Assembly (NCBI GenBank): GCA_034717975.1
Contig: JAYEMF010000148.1
Span: 1 to 7,541, forward strand
DNA from: Campylobacterota bacterium
Lineage (GTDB): Bacteria > Campylobacterota > Campylobacteria > Campylobacterales > Sulfurimonadaceae
Length of the DNA stretch: 7,541 bases
Direction: 5' to 3'
The notes beneath the pieces were generated by a model. That model ran no database searches. It had not been told where the DNA came from and worked only from the letters and a program-made list of their open reading frames with translations. Made by a program: the position numbers and the translations under genes. This document shows positions 5,385 to 7,541 of the stretch, one piece after another. Every line of letters begins with the position of its first letter. Position 1 is the stretch's first letter.

Positions 5385-7310
5385 CTAAAACTTGCCATTT
5401 AAACCCATAATAAATGTCCGTTCAAAATTCATGGGGTAGATCGTATCATCGTTGATCCAGAGCCCGTTGTCTTCGTCAAAAAGGTTCTGCACCTTAGCAA
5501 ACAACTCTATGTTTTCCAAGGAGTAAGAAGCTGTAAAGTCAGTAGAATTGTACACCTCCTGCTTTTGATCAAACGAGTTTTCAAAATCTTCCGCAGCGTA
5601 AGCTGATGAGCGATAGGTATGAGAAATGATGAGCGTGCTCCCCCCACTCGGCGCATATCCGATAGCTGCCGTAAGGTTATGTTTCGACACCCCCGGCAAA
5701 GTCTTGTCTTCTATATTTGTATTATCGTCTTTTTCTATTTCTGCTTCAATATAGGTATAGTTCCCGCTGACATATAGATTCTCAAGTATTAAATATTTAT
5801 CATATAGTTCAAATCCAAACTTAGATGTTTCATCCAGATTTGTATTGACACCCGTCCAGCCCCCGGTGTAATAGATCTCATCGGTAATATCTGCATAAAA
5901 AAGAACGGCTTTAAACTTATTTCTATCTATAAAATAGTTATATCCCAGATTGTAGGTATTGGCCTTCATCGGATCGATAAATCCATTAAATACGACTACA
6001 GGGGCAAAGGTCGGCGGAGGGTAGGTAGTGGCAAAGAACCTGTCAATATTGGGTGCCTGATAAGAGTGTGAAAAGCTTGCGAACAGTGCTTGTTCTTTTG
6101 TCAATTTATAGTTATAGCCCAGCTCATAAGCCTGCAGTGTCTCATCATCTTTAAGATTCGAACCGGTTTCAGGCCTGTACTCATAAGCGACCTCTTCCAC
6201 CCTGCCTCCTGCATTAAAGCTATGTTGATTGTAAGCATAATCGATTTTAACAAAACCGGCTAGATTATCTTTGGATGTGCGACTGCCGTATCCATCTCTT
6301 TGGCCATTGAAAAAAGATGTTCCCACAGCCACCTGCAAAGCATCTTTCTTGTATTTGACTGTCAAATCACCGGAATCATAATCATACTCTGCCTTCGATG
6401 CCGAAGAGCCATAATCGGATGCTTTATCTTCTATAAAGACATTGGCATCAAGGCTCCACTCTGATGTGAAGTCGTAACCAAGACCAAAACTCCATAGGTC
6501 CGTATCAAAATGCTGATTTGTATCCCATCCAAGCGTCGTGGCCTGCGTAGGGTCATCTTTGTATTCGGCTTTTGTCAATGCACCGGCATAATTGGTATTG
6601 ATCCGTGTTGCCGCCCATCCTGTACGCAATTCAAGCTTCTCTGCCGGATAAAGTCTCAGGTCAAAGGAACCATTTTTAGACCGTCCGGAATCTTTTTTAT
6701 CACCAGATTGCAGATCACGCTGCCCATCGGTTTCAAAATAATCCGCAAACGCCGAAAATGAAAATAAATCATCTGCATAACCAGCTCCCAAAGAGCCATA
6801 GCCGGTACCGTTACTACCACCATAAACGGTAACATTTACCCCTGTAAAATCATTTGTAGTAATACTGATCACCCCGGCATTGGCACCATCACCGTATTCC
6901 ACCGAACCGGCACCTTTCAATATCTCAATTTTCCTGACAGACTCCATGGGTATTGAAGCGAGCAGTTGCGGGACCATATCTACATTGTTCATACGTCTGC
7001 CATTTACAACGACAACAATGTTTTCATAACCATCACCAATCCCATAGCCGCGCATATCGATTTTTTGCGCAAATTTATTGCCAAAAGCAGGTAAAGTAAT
7101 CACCGATGTCTCATGATTCAAAAAATCATATATATTTTTAGATTTGGAAGCCTCCATATCAGCAGCAGTGTAGATCTCTATCGGTGCGGTGTAGGTCAAT
7201 TCATCCTGTTCCAGACTTGCTGCCGTAACAGTTTGCTGCTCCAGTACAAAAATATCCTTTGCACCAAAAAGCGTTGCACAAATCAATGTTAATAATGTTG
7301 TTTTTTTCAC
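5385..7310 (-). CDS. btuB: TonB-dependent outer membrane receptor, probable corrinoid receptor, ~641 aa
   Basis: Signal peptide, TonB-box-like LEQQTVTA, plug motifs IDMRGYG, VVVNGRRMN and IPMESVRKIEILKGAGSVEYGDGANAGVISITT, and a C-terminal beta-strand ending in Phe. Start moved to GTG 7310 (AAGGA 8 nt upstream) because the ATG at 7346 lies inside the REP. B12 specificity is inferred from context across a scaffold gap. Confidence 0.88.
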   Translation of the reverse strand: MKKTTLLTLICATLFGAKDIFVLEQQTVTAASLEQDELTYTAPIEIYTAADMEASKSKNIYDFLNHETSVITLPAFGNKFAQKIDMRGYGIGDGYENIVVVVNGRRMNNVDMVPQLLASIPMESVRKIEILKGAGSVEYGDGANAGVISITTNDFTGVNVTVYGGSNGTGYGSLGAGYADDLFSFSAFADYFETDGQRDLQSGDKKDSGRSKNGSFDLRLYPAEKLELRTGWAATRINTNYAGALTKAEYKDDPTQATTLGWDTNQHFDTDLWSFGLGYDFTSEWSLDANVFIEDKASDYGSSASKAEYDYDSGDLTVKYKKDALQVAVGTSFFNGQRDGYGSRTSKDNLAGFVKIDYAYNQHSFNAGGRVEEVAYEYRPETGSNLKDDETLQAYELGYNYKLTKEQALFASFSHSYQAPNIDRFFATTYPPPTFAPVVVFNGFIDPMKANTYNLGYNYFIDRNKFKAVLFYADITDEIYYTGGWTGVNTNLDETSKFGFELYDKYLILENLYVSGNYTYIEAEIEKDDNTNIEDKTLPGVSKHNLTAAIGYAPSGGSTLIISHTYRSSAYAAEDFENSFDQKQEVYNSTDFTASYSLENIELFAKVQNLFDEDNGLWINDDTIYPMNFERTFIMGLNGKF

Positions 7311-7318
7311 TATTGTGT

Positions 7319-7323
7319 TCCTT
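7319..7323 (-). promoter_or_regulatory. Shine-Dalgarno sequence (AAGGA) of btuB
   Basis: Minus strand TAA-AAGGA-ACACAATA-GTG. Confidence 0.75.
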
Positions 7324-7541
7324 TTAAAATTCTTGATTTCTGTCATTCCTGCGAAGGCAGGAATCTACAGTAGTTAAGGTTAAGATTCCTGCCTTCGCTG
7401 GAATGACGGCTTGAGGCGGCGAACTCACAGAGTTGCTAAACTGACGGGTTGAAATGAAAAGTTTTTGTTGAGGGTTTTCTAAAATGCGGTTGCGGGTAAT
7501 ACGGTGGTAATAACAGTTACAATGGCCGGCATGGGCCGGCA
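7324..7541 (-). CDS. Possible 3' part of an upstream small ORF (start outside the window)
   Basis: 71 stop-free codons from 7539: PAHAGHCNCYYHRITRNRILENPQQKLFISTRQFSNSVSSPPQAVIPAKAGILTLTTVDSCLRRNDRNQEF*. The TAA (7326-7324) abuts the btuB RBS. No homology recognised with certainty. Confidence 0.35.
   Translation of the reverse strand, partial: PAHAGHCNCYYHRITRNRILENPQQKLFISTRQFSNSVSSPPQAVIPAKAGILTLTTVDSCLRRNDRNQEF
7342..7407. repeat. REP dimer (CGTC family; Rickettsia RPE- and Neisseria dRS3-like palindrome)
   Basis: GTCATTCCTGCGAAGGCAGGAATCT (7342-7366) and AGATTCCTGCCTTCGCTGGAATGAC (7383-7407) are inverted repeats matching 24/25 around a 16-nt spacer. Each arm has its own hairpin (left arm ATTCCTGC-GAAG-GCAGGAAT). 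Confidence 0.92.

Noticed and set aside
5018..5398. ORFs reading through the N run (5018-5374, 5069-5398, 5106-5342, 5131-5331)
   Set aside because: Frame continuity across a placeholder gap is meaningless. Only the cobT-like 3' fragment is supported. MQRLTPNQTPFNAK before the gap cannot be assigned.
921..6761. Plus-strand ORFs and alternative-frame minus-strand ORFs in the track (e.g. 921-1109, 991-1230, 1762-2127, 2625-3107, 4452-4799, 6510-6761)
   Set aside because: They lie within well-supported genes and show no recognisable motifs; they are shadow ORFs.
7311..7346. btuB start at ATG 7346
   Set aside because: That ATG is part of the REP arm (GGAATGAC). GTG 7310 has a well-spaced AAGGA and gives a normal MKK-type signal peptide.
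7470..7541. Cobalamin riboswitch fragment (CCCGCAAC and GCCATTGTAA on the minus strand)
   Set aside because: Only short partial resemblances, not in the expected order and lacking the B12 box. Not callable without a covariance-model search.
7524..7541. GGCCGGCA direct repeat / GCCGGC-ATGG-GCCGGC hairpin at the window edge
   Set aside because: Too short and truncated by the window end to interpret.

Overview
This window holds one minus-strand gene cluster for corrinoid (vitamin B12) uptake and nucleotide-loop assembly. It is probably from a Campylobacterota organism (Sulfurimonas/Sulfurovum-like), inferred from the protein style and a TTAAGC-N21-TATAAT promoter. Transcription order: possible partial upstream ORF, CGTC-type REP dimer, btuB-like TonB-dependent receptor, a 100-N scaffold gap, the 3' end of an archaeal/cyanobacterial-type cobT, then cobU, cobS, cobC, btuF, btuD, btuC, a 148-aa Cys-rich protein, and the 5' half of tRNA-Ser(GGA) with its own promoter. 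The core genes belong to known families. Less ordinary features: (i) a ~94-nt four-way-junction structure filling the tRNA leader, with all its G-U pairs on the transcribed strand; (ii) a stand-alone Cys-rich putative metal/Fe-S protein coupled to the operon; (iii) heptamer repeats translated in frame inside cobU, at the cobS N-terminus, and in a 17-codon mini-ORF that exactly bridges cobT and cobU; (iv) no recognisable cobalamin riboswitch in the visible btuB leader, which instead carries an open His/Cys-containing frame running through a REP palindrome and stopping at the btuB RBS. All calls were made by eye; no searches were run.
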